The position numbers were made by a program, and so were the translations under genes. Under the pieces are notes generated by a model, which saw only the letters and a list, made by a program, of their open reading frames with translations, ran no database searches and was not told the origin of the DNA. From Bacteroidales bacterium (GTDB lineage: Bacteria > Bacteroidota > Bacteroidia > Bacteroidales > UBA932), in NCBI GenBank assembly GCA_017554305.1, contig JAFZIN010000017.1, positions 1,919 through 65,918 on the forward strand: a DNA stretch of 64,000 nucleotides, read 5' to 3'. Shown here one piece after another: positions 10,612-19,126 of the stretch. How positions within the stretch are numbered: position 1 is the first letter of the stretch; every line of letters begins with the position of its first letter.

Positions 10612-11964
10612 TTACATAAAGAACTTATTGACCTTTGCAAGTACCTGTGGCAAAGCAAATACCACAACCCTGTCGTAAGGGGAGATCTGAGTGAAATCGT
10701 TAGGGATTATGCTCTCTTCTCCCCTTATTATTCCACCTATGATTGCCTCTTTAGGGAACTTAAGATCTTTGATAGGGGCCTTGGTTATTGCACTCTCAGG
10801 GTTAGCAATAAACTCCAGAACCTCCGCGTCTGAACCGTTCAAACATTTGATAGAGCGCACCTTGTTGCTTAGGGTAAAACGGAATATTCTGCCGGCCGTT
10901 ACAAGTTTCTTGTTAATGACCGCATCTACTCCCATATCCTCTGCAAGTTTTATGTACTCTATGTTCTCCACCTCTGCAATTACCTTTGGAACTCCCATAT
11001 TCTTAACGGCAACGCAGGAGAGAATGTTTGCCTCACTGGAAGAAGTAACCGCCACAAATGCGTCATAATTAGCCGCATCCTCCTCAACCAGCAAATCTGT
11101 GTTTCTTCCGTCTCCGTTAATAACCACAACGTTAGGGAAGGTCTCTGCCAGATACTCACAGCGCTCCTTCTTCTGCTCAATGATTTTTATATGGTCTACC
11201 TTATGGGCCATCTTGCGTGTAAGCATCTCCGCAATTCTTCCTCCTCCAATTACCATAAGGTTCTTAACGTCTATCTCATACTTTCCGGAGAAACTCATAA
11301 GTTCTGCAACTCCCTCCTTCTTGCTCACCATAAAGACAAGATCATCCTGCATAAACTTGGTATCTCCGTTAGGAATCAGAGTCTTGTTTCCTCTCTCAAT
11401 TGCAACTGCCTTGTAAGGTTTGTCAAGGTTGCTCTCCTCTCTGAGCATATTGATGGTTTTGTTTACCAGCGGAGCACCCTCCTCCAGGCGGAATACCACC
11501 ATCTGAAGTTTTCCGCGTGCAAAATCCATGAACTCAGATGTGCCGGTCTCCTTAAGAAGGTCTATGATTTCGTAAGCCGCCATCTTCTCCGGGTAAAAGA
11601 GCAAGTCTATACCCAGTTCTGTGAATATGAGCTTGTTATCATGCTCCATATACTCGTCGTTGTTAATGCGGGCCGTAACCTTCTTGGCTCCCATCTTCTT
11701 GGCGAGCATTGCAGAGATGATGTTGGTGTTTTGGGTCTGAGCCGGACCTACCGCAATGAAGAGGTCTGCCTTTTCTACCCTTGCCTCCTTAAGAACGGGA
11801 ATGGATGTAGGATCTCCCAGGACAGTTACAACGTCCGCCAGTTCAGAGAGTTTCTCCAAACGAGACTCGTCACTGTCTATGATTGTTATGTCATTGGCCT
11901 CTCTGCTGAGCATCTTGGCCAGATGGCTTCCAACCTCTCCCGCACCTGCTATTACAATGTTCAT
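10612..11964 (-). CDS. trkA: Trk potassium uptake system NAD-binding subunit TrkA
   Basis: Start set at MNIVIAGAGEVGSHLA (ATG 11964). Two Rossmann GxGxxG motifs (IAGAGEVG, VIGGGRIA) and two TrkA-C-like segments, ~450 aa. Confidence 0.9.
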   Translation of the reverse strand: MNIVIAGAGEVGSHLAKMLSREANDITIIDSDESRLEKLSELADVVTVLGDPTSIPVLKEARVEKADLFIAVGPAQTQNTNIISAMLAKKMGAKKVTARINNDEYMEHDNKLIFTELGIDLLFYPEKMAAYEIIDLLKETGTSEFMDFARGKLQMVVFRLEEGAPLVNKTINMLREESNLDKPYKAVAIERGNKTLIPNGDTKFMQDDLVFMVSKKEGVAELMSFSGKYEIDVKNLMVIGGGRIAEMLTRKMAHKVDHIKIIEQKKERCEYLAETFPNVVVINGDGRNTDLLVEEDAANYDAFVAVTSSSEANILSCVAVKNMGVPKVIAEVENIEYIKLAEDMGVDAVINKKLVTAGRIFRFTLSNKVRSIKCLNGSDAEVLEFIANPESAITKAPIKDLKFPKEAIIGGIIRGEESIIPNDFTQISPYDRVVVFALPQVLAKVNKFFM

Positions 11965-12013
11965 ATAGTTTGTTTTTACGGGGCAAAAATAATAAGAAAA
12001 GAGTAAAAAGATG

Positions 12014-12021
12014 TAAATTTG
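12014..12021 (+). promoter_or_regulatory. Bacteroidetes -7 promoter box TAaaTTTG
   Basis: TAnnTTTG match 24 nt upstream of ATG 12045, the first gene of the kinase/peptidase/PqqD/ABC cluster. Confidence 0.45.
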
Positions 12022-12044
12022 CAATTACTGACTATCTCAGCAGC

Positions 12045-12917
12045 ATGGAAAACAGAGTTTATGAAATAGGCGGACACCTTGTACGAATGGAGACAGAGAA
12101 TGCCTCGTTTTTGGATAAAATGGGCAACCTCACTCCTTTCCGTTCAGATAAAACCGGTCCGGTTATTCTGAATATAAGGCAGATAGAGGCCATAACGGAG
12201 CGTTATGACAAACCAATGATAGTCTCAGAGGAGCCCGGCTTCCCCAACATTACAGTAGGAAAGACCCCAAAAGGCAAGTGGTTCTGGGAGATGGCGCCTC
12301 TGCCTAAACTTCCCGTCTCAGGAAGGATGCTCTGTTCTGAGGATTTTTCTAACATCGAGTTCTCCGTTGTAGACCCTTCCCAGTCTCTTTTTACCGTAAA
12401 CAACGTAATGATGATAGCCTACGCTATGCGTTGCGCCCGCTTTAACACCCTCTCTTTCCACTCTTCCGTAATTAAAAAGGACGGCAGGGGGTATCTCTTT
12501 CTGGGTAAGAGCGGTACGGGAAAAAGCACTCACAGCCGCCTCTGGCTGGAGAACATTCCGGGCTGCGAACTCCTAAATGATGACAACCCAGTAGTAAGAA
12601 TACAGGAAGACGGAAGCGTAACCGTTTACGGTACCCCGTGGAGCGGTAAAACCCGCTGTTACAAGGCAGAAGAGGTTCCGGTAGGCGCCTTTGTCAGAAT
12701 AATTCAGGCACCGGAAAACAGAATCACCCGCCTCAAACTTGTTCCGGCCTACGCCAGCATCTACCCAAGTGTCTCCTCTTTCCGTCCCGATGGTCCTATA
12801 GCAGAAGGACTCCATAACTCCCTTTCTGCCGTGGCCGCCGCTGTACCTTGCTATAACCTTGAGTGCCTGCCTAATGCAGAGGCTGCAATGCTTTGTTATA
12901 ACACCGTCCATGAATAA
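12045..12917 (+). CDS. HPr-kinase-related (HprK C-terminal-like) P-loop protein
   Basis: Start set at MENRVYEIGG. P-loop FLGKSGTGKSTHSRLW followed by ELLNDDNPVV...YGTPWSGK resembles the HprK/P C-terminal kinase fold seen in RiPP-associated HprK-related kinases. Confidence 0.6.
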   Translation: MENRVYEIGGHLVRMETENASFLDKMGNLTPFRSDKTGPVILNIRQIEAITERYDKPMIVSEEPGFPNITVGKTPKGKWFWEMAPLPKLPVSGRMLCSEDFSNIEFSVVDPSQSLFTVNNVMMIAYAMRCARFNTLSFHSSVIKKDGRGYLFLGKSGTGKSTHSRLWLENIPGCELLNDDNPVVRIQEDGSVTVYGTPWSGKTRCYKAEEVPVGAFVRIIQAPENRITRLKLVPAYASIYPSVSSFRPDGPIAEGLHNSLSAVAAAVPCYNLECLPNAEAAMLCYNTVHE

Positions 12918-13335
12918 GCGAGTTGTACCTAACGAGATATTGATACCGGAAGTTGGCAAGCTTCTTGATGAGGGGAGGGAGGTTGAACTCCAGCCAAAGG
13001 GCAACAGTATGCTCCCTTTCATCCGCCAGGGAAAAGACAATGTGCTGCTTAAAAAGCAGGAGCCTAAAAAGTGGGATATTGTTCTGGCCAGAATAGCTCC
13101 GGACAGATACGTGATGCACAGGATAATAGAGGAGCAGGGCACTAACCTCACCCTTATGGGAGACGGCAATAATGCAGGATATGAGCATTGCAAAAAAGAG
13201 GATGTTTTAGGAGTTGTAATTAAAATTATTAAAAACGGAAAGAAAGAGATAACCCCGCCAGGCGGAAAGTTCTGGAGAAGACTTCTCCCCATAAGACGCT
13301 ACTTATTAGGTTTTTACCGCAGGCTCTTTCTCTAA
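12910..13335 (+). CDS. S24/S26-type serine peptidase, soluble, Ser/His (SipW/Sec11-like) signature
   Basis: ATG 12910 overlaps the upstream stop by 8 nt. Motifs GNSMLP (Ser nucleophile), VMHRII (His where LexA has Lys) and MGDGNN...VLGVV are present. No N-terminal TM helix. Confidence 0.6.
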   Translation: MNKRVVPNEILIPEVGKLLDEGREVELQPKGNSMLPFIRQGKDNVLLKKQEPKKWDIVLARIAPDRYVMHRIIEEQGTNLTLMGDGNNAGYEHCKKEDVLGVVIKIIKNGKKEITPPGGKFWRRLLPIRRYLLGFYRRLFL

Positions 13336-13378
13336 CCCCAACGCAGATAACTAAAGAGAAAAATAAGAAATTAGCAAT

Positions 13379-13648
13379 ATGAAAATTAAAACCGGTTTTA
13401 AACTCAGAACAATTGTAGGAGAACACATCATTACGGGTGAAGGTGTTGAACGTGTAAACTTCAACAAGATCATTACCCTTAATGAGACTGCTGTGTACCT
13501 TTGGGAAAACCTTGTTGGCAAGGAGTTTACAGAGGATGATGTTGTAAAGCTTCTTACAGATGAATATGAGGTAACGGAAGAGGTTGCAAGAAAAGATGTG
13601 CAGAACCTTCTCAGCAAATGGGAAGAGGCAGGCCTTTTGGACAAGTAA
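13379..13648 (+). CDS. PqqD-family (RiPP recognition element-like) protein
   Basis: 89 aa. ...IITLNETAVYLWENLVGKEFTEDDVVKLLTDEYEVTEEVARKDVQNLLSKWEEAGLL is the canonical PqqD pattern. Confidence 0.7.
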   Translation: MKIKTGFKLRTIVGEHIITGEGVERVNFNKIITLNETAVYLWENLVGKEFTEDDVVKLLTDEYEVTEEVARKDVQNLLSKWEEAGLLDK

Positions 13649-13685
13649 CCTAAAACAGGAACCAAAACAAAACCAAAATTAACCA

Positions 13686-15326
13686 ATGAAGAGTCTGGCT
13701 TATTCCATAAGGGCCGCCTGGGAGATGTCACGCCATTCAAGATGGCGGATTACCATAAGCATACTTGCAGGCTTGGTGAGAGTGGTTGCATCTCTCTCAT
13801 TTGTATGGGTTTGCCGTCTTCTGGTAGATATTGTAACAAACCACAGCAACGTTCCGCTTAACAGGGCTATCACTCTTTTGGCAGTTACTCTGGTAGTTCT
13901 GATTTCATCCAGAGTCTTCTCCTCCTGGTGGGAGAGTATGACAGAGGTTAAGACCAAGAACTACTTAAGACGCAAGTACTTTGAGCACGTGCTCAACAGC
14001 ACCTGGAACGGTACGGAAGCCTATCACAGTGCAGATACCGTAAACCGTCTGGAGGAGGATATAAGGGTTGTAACGGACATTATGTGTTTGCAGTTCCCTA
14101 ATCTGGTAGTTACTTGCTGTCAGTTGGTTGCAGCCTCCGTATTTACTCTTACTCTGGCTCCGCAACTACTTTGGATTATGGTTATTCTTATGGTCATAGC
14201 CATTGTGGGTTCCAGAATGTACTTTACCCAACTCCGCAAACTCACCAACGCCATACGTTCCAAAGACAGTGAGGCTCAGCAGGTTTTCCAGGACAACCTC
14301 CGTTCCAGAATTCTGGTTCTGATGCTCTTTGGTCCTTCCAGAGTTCTTGGCAAATTGGATAACCTCCAGACAGATATTGAGAACCTTACCCGTAAAAGAC
14401 TCAACTTCAATGCCATATCCAGAACCTTTATGGGCATTGGTTTTATGGGCGGTTATGCCGCCGCCTTCCTCTGGGGAGTTCTGGGAATAAGCAGCGGTGC
14501 GGTAACTTACGGTATGATGACCGCCATGCTCCAACTTGTTGGACAGGTGCAGCGTCCTATAAGTGAGATAGGCAGCACCATCCCTGCTTTCATTAGAGCA
14601 ATCACCTCAGTTGAAAGATTGGCAGAACTTACAGACCTTACCGTTGAGGAGCAGGGAGAACCAATCCAAGTTAAAGGTGCCCCGGGTATAAAGATGAACA
14701 AGGTAAGTTTCAGTTACCCAACCTCTTCTGAGATTCTTACAGATTTCTCATTTGATTTCAAACCCGGCAAGATAACAACCATTGTGGGCCCAACCGGAAG
14801 CGGCAAGAGCACAATGATGAAGATAATAATGGGTTTGCTCCATCCAACTAAGGGAGAGGTTGTTATGTATACTGAGGATGGAACAGAGACTCCAATCTCC
14901 GCCTCCACCCGCTGCAACTTTATGTATGTTCCGCAGGGCAAGACCCTTCTCTCCGGTACTGTCAGAGAGAACCTTCTGCTTGCAGATCCAACTGCAACGG
15001 ATGAGCGTCTTAAAGAGGTACTCTCCATTGCTGAGGCTTCCTTTGTTATGCAACTCCCTAAGGGATTGGATACTATGTGCGGAGAAGACGGCAACGGCCT
15101 TTCAGACGGACAGTGCCAGAGAATTGCCATTGCAAGAGCTTTGCTCCGCCCGGGCGGCGTGCTTCTTTTGGATGAGGCCACCAGCGCACTGGACTCCAAG
15201 ACAGAAAACCGCCTGCTTGAAAACCTCTGCAACACCTACAAGGGAAACAAGACCATTCTCTTTATCTCCCACCGTGAGACAGTTGCAAAATTTGCAGATG
15301 CTCTTCTTGAGTTTGAATCCAGATAG
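13686..15326 (+). CDS. ABC exporter, fused permease/ATPase
   Basis: 546 aa with a six-TM-like N-terminal half. Walker A GPTGSGKST, signature LSDGQCQR, Walker B LLLDEATSALD. No C39 peptidase domain. Confidence 0.9.
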   Translation: MKSLAYSIRAAWEMSRHSRWRITISILAGLVRVVASLSFVWVCRLLVDIVTNHSNVPLNRAITLLAVTLVVLISSRVFSSWWESMTEVKTKNYLRRKYFEHVLNSTWNGTEAYHSADTVNRLEEDIRVVTDIMCLQFPNLVVTCCQLVAASVFTLTLAPQLLWIMVILMVIAIVGSRMYFTQLRKLTNAIRSKDSEAQQVFQDNLRSRILVLMLFGPSRVLGKLDNLQTDIENLTRKRLNFNAISRTFMGIGFMGGYAAAFLWGVLGISSGAVTYGMMTAMLQLVGQVQRPISEIGSTIPAFIRAITSVERLAELTDLTVEEQGEPIQVKGAPGIKMNKVSFSYPTSSEILTDFSFDFKPGKITTIVGPTGSGKSTMMKIIMGLLHPTKGEVVMYTEDGTETPISASTRCNFMYVPQGKTLLSGTVRENLLLADPTATDERLKEVLSIAEASFVMQLPKGLDTMCGEDGNGLSDGQCQRIAIARALLRPGGVLLLDEATSALDSKTENRLLENLCNTYKGNKTILFISHRETVAKFADALLEFESR

Positions 15327-15348
15327 GAGCAACAATAGAATAAAATTG

Positions 15349-15356
15349 TAAATTTG
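15349..15356 (+). promoter_or_regulatory. Bacteroidetes -7 promoter box TAaaTTTG
   Basis: TAnnTTTG match 59 nt upstream of ATG 15415. Confidence 0.35.
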
Positions 15357-15414
15357 TGAGAAGAAAAACATAGAGACACTTAATACTGAAAGAAAATCCA
15401 AAAAATATACAGTT

Positions 15415-16740
15415 ATGAAAAAGATTCTATTACTCATTGCCATTTTTGCGTTTATTTGCGCTCAGGCATCAGGACAGGGTTTCTTGAACCGTCTGAAAGA
15501 TAAGGCAAAAGAGACAGCGGAGAGAAACATTGAAAGGAAAGTTGAAAAGGGCGTAGACGATGCTCTAGACGGCAACCTTGGTAAAAACAAGAAGGACAAG
15601 GATAAGAAAGACAAAGACAAAGACAAAAAGAGCAAGAAGTCTAAGAACGACGATGCTGATGATGAGGAGGCTGAGGACACCTACGATCCTCAGGCAGGTG
15701 CAGCTAAGAGCGACTTTGTGCGTGGCAGCGTGGTGATGTTCGAAGACAATATGCAGGACGAGCAAGTGGGTGAGTTCCCATCCAAGTGGGACCTCGTTCG
15801 CGGTAATGCCGAGATTGCTACCATTCAAGGTCAGAAGTGTATCGCCCTTGTGGATGGTGACGGTTGGATTACCCCGCTGGTCAAGGGAGGCATCAAGAAC
15901 TACTTAGGCGATGTCTTCACCGTAGAGTATGATATGCTCTTTGACGACCGTCCCAAGGATGGTGCGCCCCACATCGAACTCGACATCATGAACGAAAATG
16001 AGGGGCGGGATCATGAGTTGATTGAGATTCAATACTTTATGGCATACGACAGACAGAACATCGACTGTTCCTATGTGCGTCCGACGGCTGAGGGCTATAC
16101 TAGCAAGGAGGGATCCGCTACTGCCCATGAGGTTTGTGTCATCAATGATGGCCGCTGGCATCATTTCGCTTTGTCGTTCAACAAACGAGCCATCAAGTTC
16201 TATGTTGATGGAAAGCGCGTCATCAACGTGCCTAATGCCAAGTCTGGTGCAGGCTGGCTGACATTATGGTCAGGTGGTATGGATAAGCGTCCTACCTATG
16301 TGAAGAACGTAGTGATTGCCAAGGGTGCCGTTGAACTCTATGAGCGCAAGGAGACTGACATTGACGCAAAGGTTGCAGCCATTGAGAAGTCTATCGCTGA
16401 GACTGGTAAGTTTGTGACTAACAATATCTTATTTGAGACAGGCAAGGCTACATTGAAGCCTGAGTCTATGGAAGAGATTAAGAAGGTTGCAGAGTATATG
16501 AAGGCTAACCCAACCGCACGCTTTGAGGTTCAGGGACATACAGATAATCAGGGTTCAGACAAGACTAACGATCCGCTCTCACAGCAGCGTGCAGAGGCCG
16601 TTGTTAAGGCTCTGGAAGGCCTTGGTGTAGATGGCTTTAACCTCCGCGCAGTAGGTAAGGGTTCACACGAGCCTGTAGCAGACAACAAAACTGCAGAGGG
16701 CCGTGCTCAGAACCGTAGAGTTGAATTTATCAAGAAATAA
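15415..16740 (+). CDS. OmpA-family protein with K/D-rich linker and LamG/concanavalin-like middle domain
   Basis: Signal peptide, then the low-complexity run KNKKDKDKKDKDKDKKSKKSKNDDADDEE. C-terminal OmpA_C motifs NILFETGKATL...VQGHTDNQGS...NRRVEF. Confidence 0.85.
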   Translation: MKKILLLIAIFAFICAQASGQGFLNRLKDKAKETAERNIERKVEKGVDDALDGNLGKNKKDKDKKDKDKDKKSKKSKNDDADDEEAEDTYDPQAGAAKSDFVRGSVVMFEDNMQDEQVGEFPSKWDLVRGNAEIATIQGQKCIALVDGDGWITPLVKGGIKNYLGDVFTVEYDMLFDDRPKDGAPHIELDIMNENEGRDHELIEIQYFMAYDRQNIDCSYVRPTAEGYTSKEGSATAHEVCVINDGRWHHFALSFNKRAIKFYVDGKRVINVPNAKSGAGWLTLWSGGMDKRPTYVKNVVIAKGAVELYERKETDIDAKVAAIEKSIAETGKFVTNNILFETGKATLKPESMEEIKKVAEYMKANPTARFEVQGHTDNQGSDKTNDPLSQQRAEAVVKALEGLGVDGFNLRAVGKGSHEPVADNKTAEGRAQNRRVEFIKK

Positions 16741-16770
16741 CCAACTATCGGGATAAAGATAGTTCCCCTA

Positions 16771-16807
16771 ACAGCCATGCATCATCTGATGTGTGGCTGT
16801 TTTTTTT
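16771..16807 (+). terminator. Rho-independent terminator between convergent genes
   Basis: acagcca...tggctgt outer stem with inner catc/gatg pairing, followed by T7 (16800..16807). A second small hairpin, aactatc-gggataaa-gatagtt, lies at 16743..16764. Confidence 0.7.
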
Positions 16808-16838
16808 ACGCTCCACCGCAAAAAATAAAAATATGGCG

Positions 16839-17612
16839 TTAGTTGGAAAATATCCACAAAAGGCGGGCGGAGGTGTAACTTTGGGTGCAGGTTTGCTCGT
16901 GAGTCCAGCCGGCTTCTACATCCAGTTTAACCTTTGCTCCCGCAGCATTCAACTGAGAGATAAACTCTTGTACAGTGGAAACGCTCATAATGTTGTCTGA
17001 TGTTCCCATTACCGCATAAACCGCTGTTTTGGAAACCTTTGCAACATCACACTTAGAAGGGTTGCCGGCACAAGGCATAGCCGCAGCAAAGAGACTTGGA
17101 TATGAAGATATTAGATTCCACGTACCGGTTCCACCCATTGAGCCGCCCAAAACATACATCTTGGCCGTGTTAACATTGTGTGCCTGAGCGGTGGTTGTAA
17201 CCAGAGAGTTAAGAGCAGGTTGCATAGAGGCTGCATCCCAGAAAGCAGTTGACGGACACTGCGGAACTATTACAACCGCCTTGGTACCTGCATTTTTAAG
17301 ATAATTGGTAATTGAATTTACTCCGGCCTCCGTGAGTTGCTTCTCATTATCTGAGCCTTTGCAGGATCCACCGTGAAGATAGAGAACAAGAATATTTTGC
17401 CCCGTAACATTACTGTTTACCAGGGCCTTACGGTAAGGGAGAGTGACACCGGCAAAGGTGCCGCTCTCCTTACTGAAGGTTATTTGCTGTGGTTGTGGCT
17501 CACTCTTATCATCTTTTGGAATCTCCGTTTCAGGTGTTATGGATCCCTTTCCGCAAGAATGAAATGCAAGAAGAGCGAGAGCCACAAGCAAATATTTTAA
17601 AGTTGTCTTCAT
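16839..17612 (-). CDS. Alpha/beta-hydrolase esterase lipoprotein (PHB depolymerase/carboxylesterase-like)
   Basis: Lipobox LLAFHSC, oxyanion-like LYLHGGS and nucleophile elbow GGSMGG. Confidence 0.7.
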   Translation of the reverse strand: MKTTLKYLLVALALLAFHSCGKGSITPETEIPKDDKSEPQPQQITFSKESGTFAGVTLPYRKALVNSNVTGQNILVLYLHGGSCKGSDNEKQLTEAGVNSITNYLKNAGTKAVVIVPQCPSTAFWDAASMQPALNSLVTTTAQAHNVNTAKMYVLGGSMGGTGTWNLISSYPSLFAAAMPCAGNPSKCDVAKVSKTAVYAVMGTSDNIMSVSTVQEFISQLNAAGAKVKLDVEAGWTHEQTCTQSYTSARLLWIFSN

Positions 17613-17632
17613 ACAAATGTTTTAAATCTCTT

Positions 17633-18115
17633 TTAGTCCTGAGCCTGGCGAGGAGCCTTTGGAGGGCGAGGGCCTTTCATCCCCGGGCGGTGACCCTTGT
17701 TCTGCTTGTTTCTCAGTTTGTTCTGAATCTGAGATTCAATATTGAAGAAACGGCTTAACTGATCTGCATCCAACACTTTGGCAAGTTCATCTATGTAAGC
17801 AAGCTTAACCTCCTGAACTCTCTGCTGGCGTGCAACCTTCTCCTTCTCCATCTTTACGCTCTCCTCTTTTGTTTGCGGCTTCTGAGGTCTTGCACCAGGC
17901 TTGCCCTCACCGAACGCCTTGCGCATAGCGTCTGTGTAACTTCGGTAAACCTTCACAAATTCAGGTTTTTGCTCATCTGTAATGTTAAGACGGTAAACCA
18001 TCTCTCTAACCTTTGCCTGGAAGAATTTCTCCTTTGCATCTTCTCCCTTCTGATTCTGTGCTGTCATTGTAAATGAAACAAGCAGCATAGCAATAAAAAT
18101 GAAATACTTTTTCAT
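17633..18115 (-). CDS. Periplasmic Spy/CpxP-like helical protein (third gene of the ECF sigma operon)
   Basis: Signal peptide and charged helical repeats (DEQKPEFVKVYRSY..., LAKVLDADQLSRFFN). Sits directly downstream of the sigma and anti-sigma-like genes. Confidence 0.45.
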   Translation of the reverse strand: MKKYFIFIAMLLVSFTMTAQNQKGEDAKEKFFQAKVREMVYRLNITDEQKPEFVKVYRSYTDAMRKAFGEGKPGARPQKPQTKEESVKMEKEKVARQQRVQEVKLAYIDELAKVLDADQLSRFFNIESQIQNKLRNKQNKGHRPGMKGPRPPKAPRQAQD

Positions 18116-18131
18116 AACTACTTTTTTATGA

Positions 18132-18479
18132 TTAATATTCTGTTTCTTCTTCTGATTCTATAAGTTCGTCATCTACCTCATAATATGATAGTTGCATAAG
18201 CTCCTCTTCTGAGAGGCCGTTAAGATACTTATCTATTGGACTCTCCGCCTGAGCCATCAGTTCCCTGCTGTCTGAACCTCCCCAATTCCCAATGAATACA
18301 AAGAGCAGAATTGCTGCGGCCGCTGCTAAAGAAACGGCCCAATAATACGGAGCGTAACCCCTATTTTTCTCCTTTCCGCTCTCCACCGCCTTCTCCGTAA
18401 CTCTGGAGACAAGATTGTTCAGGTACTCCTCGCTTACCTCGTAAGGCATTTGTTTTGAGATGTTTTCAAACTTTTCCAT
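18132..18479 (-). CDS. Single-pass membrane protein, putative anti-sigma factor
   Basis: 115 aa with a central TM helix (YYWAVSLAAAAAILLFVFIG). Its start overlaps the sigma gene stop by 1 nt (18479). Confidence 0.45.
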   Translation of the reverse strand: MEKFENISKQMPYEVSEEYLNNLVSRVTEKAVESGKEKNRGYAPYYWAVSLAAAAAILLFVFIGNWGGSDSRELMAQAESPIDKYLNGLSEEELMQLSYYEVDDELIESEEETEY

Positions 18480-19036
18480 TATAAGTTCTCCTGTAAATAA
18501 CTTTTCACTTTTTCGTATGCGTAGTGATAATTCACCTTAAGGGTTCCCACACTTTTTCCGGTTGCCTGGGCAATCTCCTCATAACTAAGCTCATCATAGT
18601 AGCGCATATTGAACACCAACTGCTGCTGAGCGGGAAGAGAGAGCACTGCCTTTTGGAAAACAACCTCCGCTCTGTTTGCATCAAATGAAGTCTGAGCCTC
18701 TAATGTTGCTTTCAGACTCGGACTCAGAGACTCAATGCTGTGGAAGAAACCCGCCTTTTTTCTCAGAAGTTGGAGCGCCTCATTGCTTGCAATCCTGTAA
18801 ATCCAAGAGGTTATCTTTCCTTCTCCGCGATAGTTTGCAACAGAACGGAATATCTTTATACTTGTCTCTTGCAGAACATCTTCCGCATCCTCATGATCCA
18901 CCACAATTCTCCTGATATGCCAATAAAGAGCCTTGCCGTAACGCTGCATCAGCAGACGGAATCCCTGCTCCGTTTTCTGCGGATTGAGCAGCATCTCTTT
19001 TATCTCACTGTCTTGAATTGTCTCTGCCATTTTCAT
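18479..19036 (-). CDS. ECF-type RNA polymerase sigma-70 factor
   Basis: 185 aa. Region 2 (DAEDVLQETSIKIF..., WIYRIASNEAL) and region 4 HTH (LSYEEIAQATGKSVGTLKVNYHYA). Confidence 0.9.
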   Translation of the reverse strand: MKMAETIQDSEIKEMLLNPQKTEQGFRLLMQRYGKALYWHIRRIVVDHEDAEDVLQETSIKIFRSVANYRGEGKITSWIYRIASNEALQLLRKKAGFFHSIESLSPSLKATLEAQTSFDANRAEVVFQKAVLSLPAQQQLVFNMRYYDELSYEEIAQATGKSVGTLKVNYHYAYEKVKSYLQENL

Positions 19037-19126
19037 CTGTTTCCGGTAATAAGATGCTCAAAATGGCAAAAGGTTAAAAGCAGAATAAAAAAACTAGCGT
19101 GGCTAAACTTGTGTGATTAGATTGGT

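Noticed and set aside
11191-12006. 271-aa plus-strand ORF opposite trkA
   Set aside because: It lies completely within the trkA coding region on the other strand. trkA has clear Rossmann motifs and this ORF has none.
12573-13292. 239-aa minus-strand ORF across the kinase/peptidase genes
   Set aside because: It is antisense to two genes with clear P-loop and Ser-peptidase motifs. It is S/L/P-rich with no motif.
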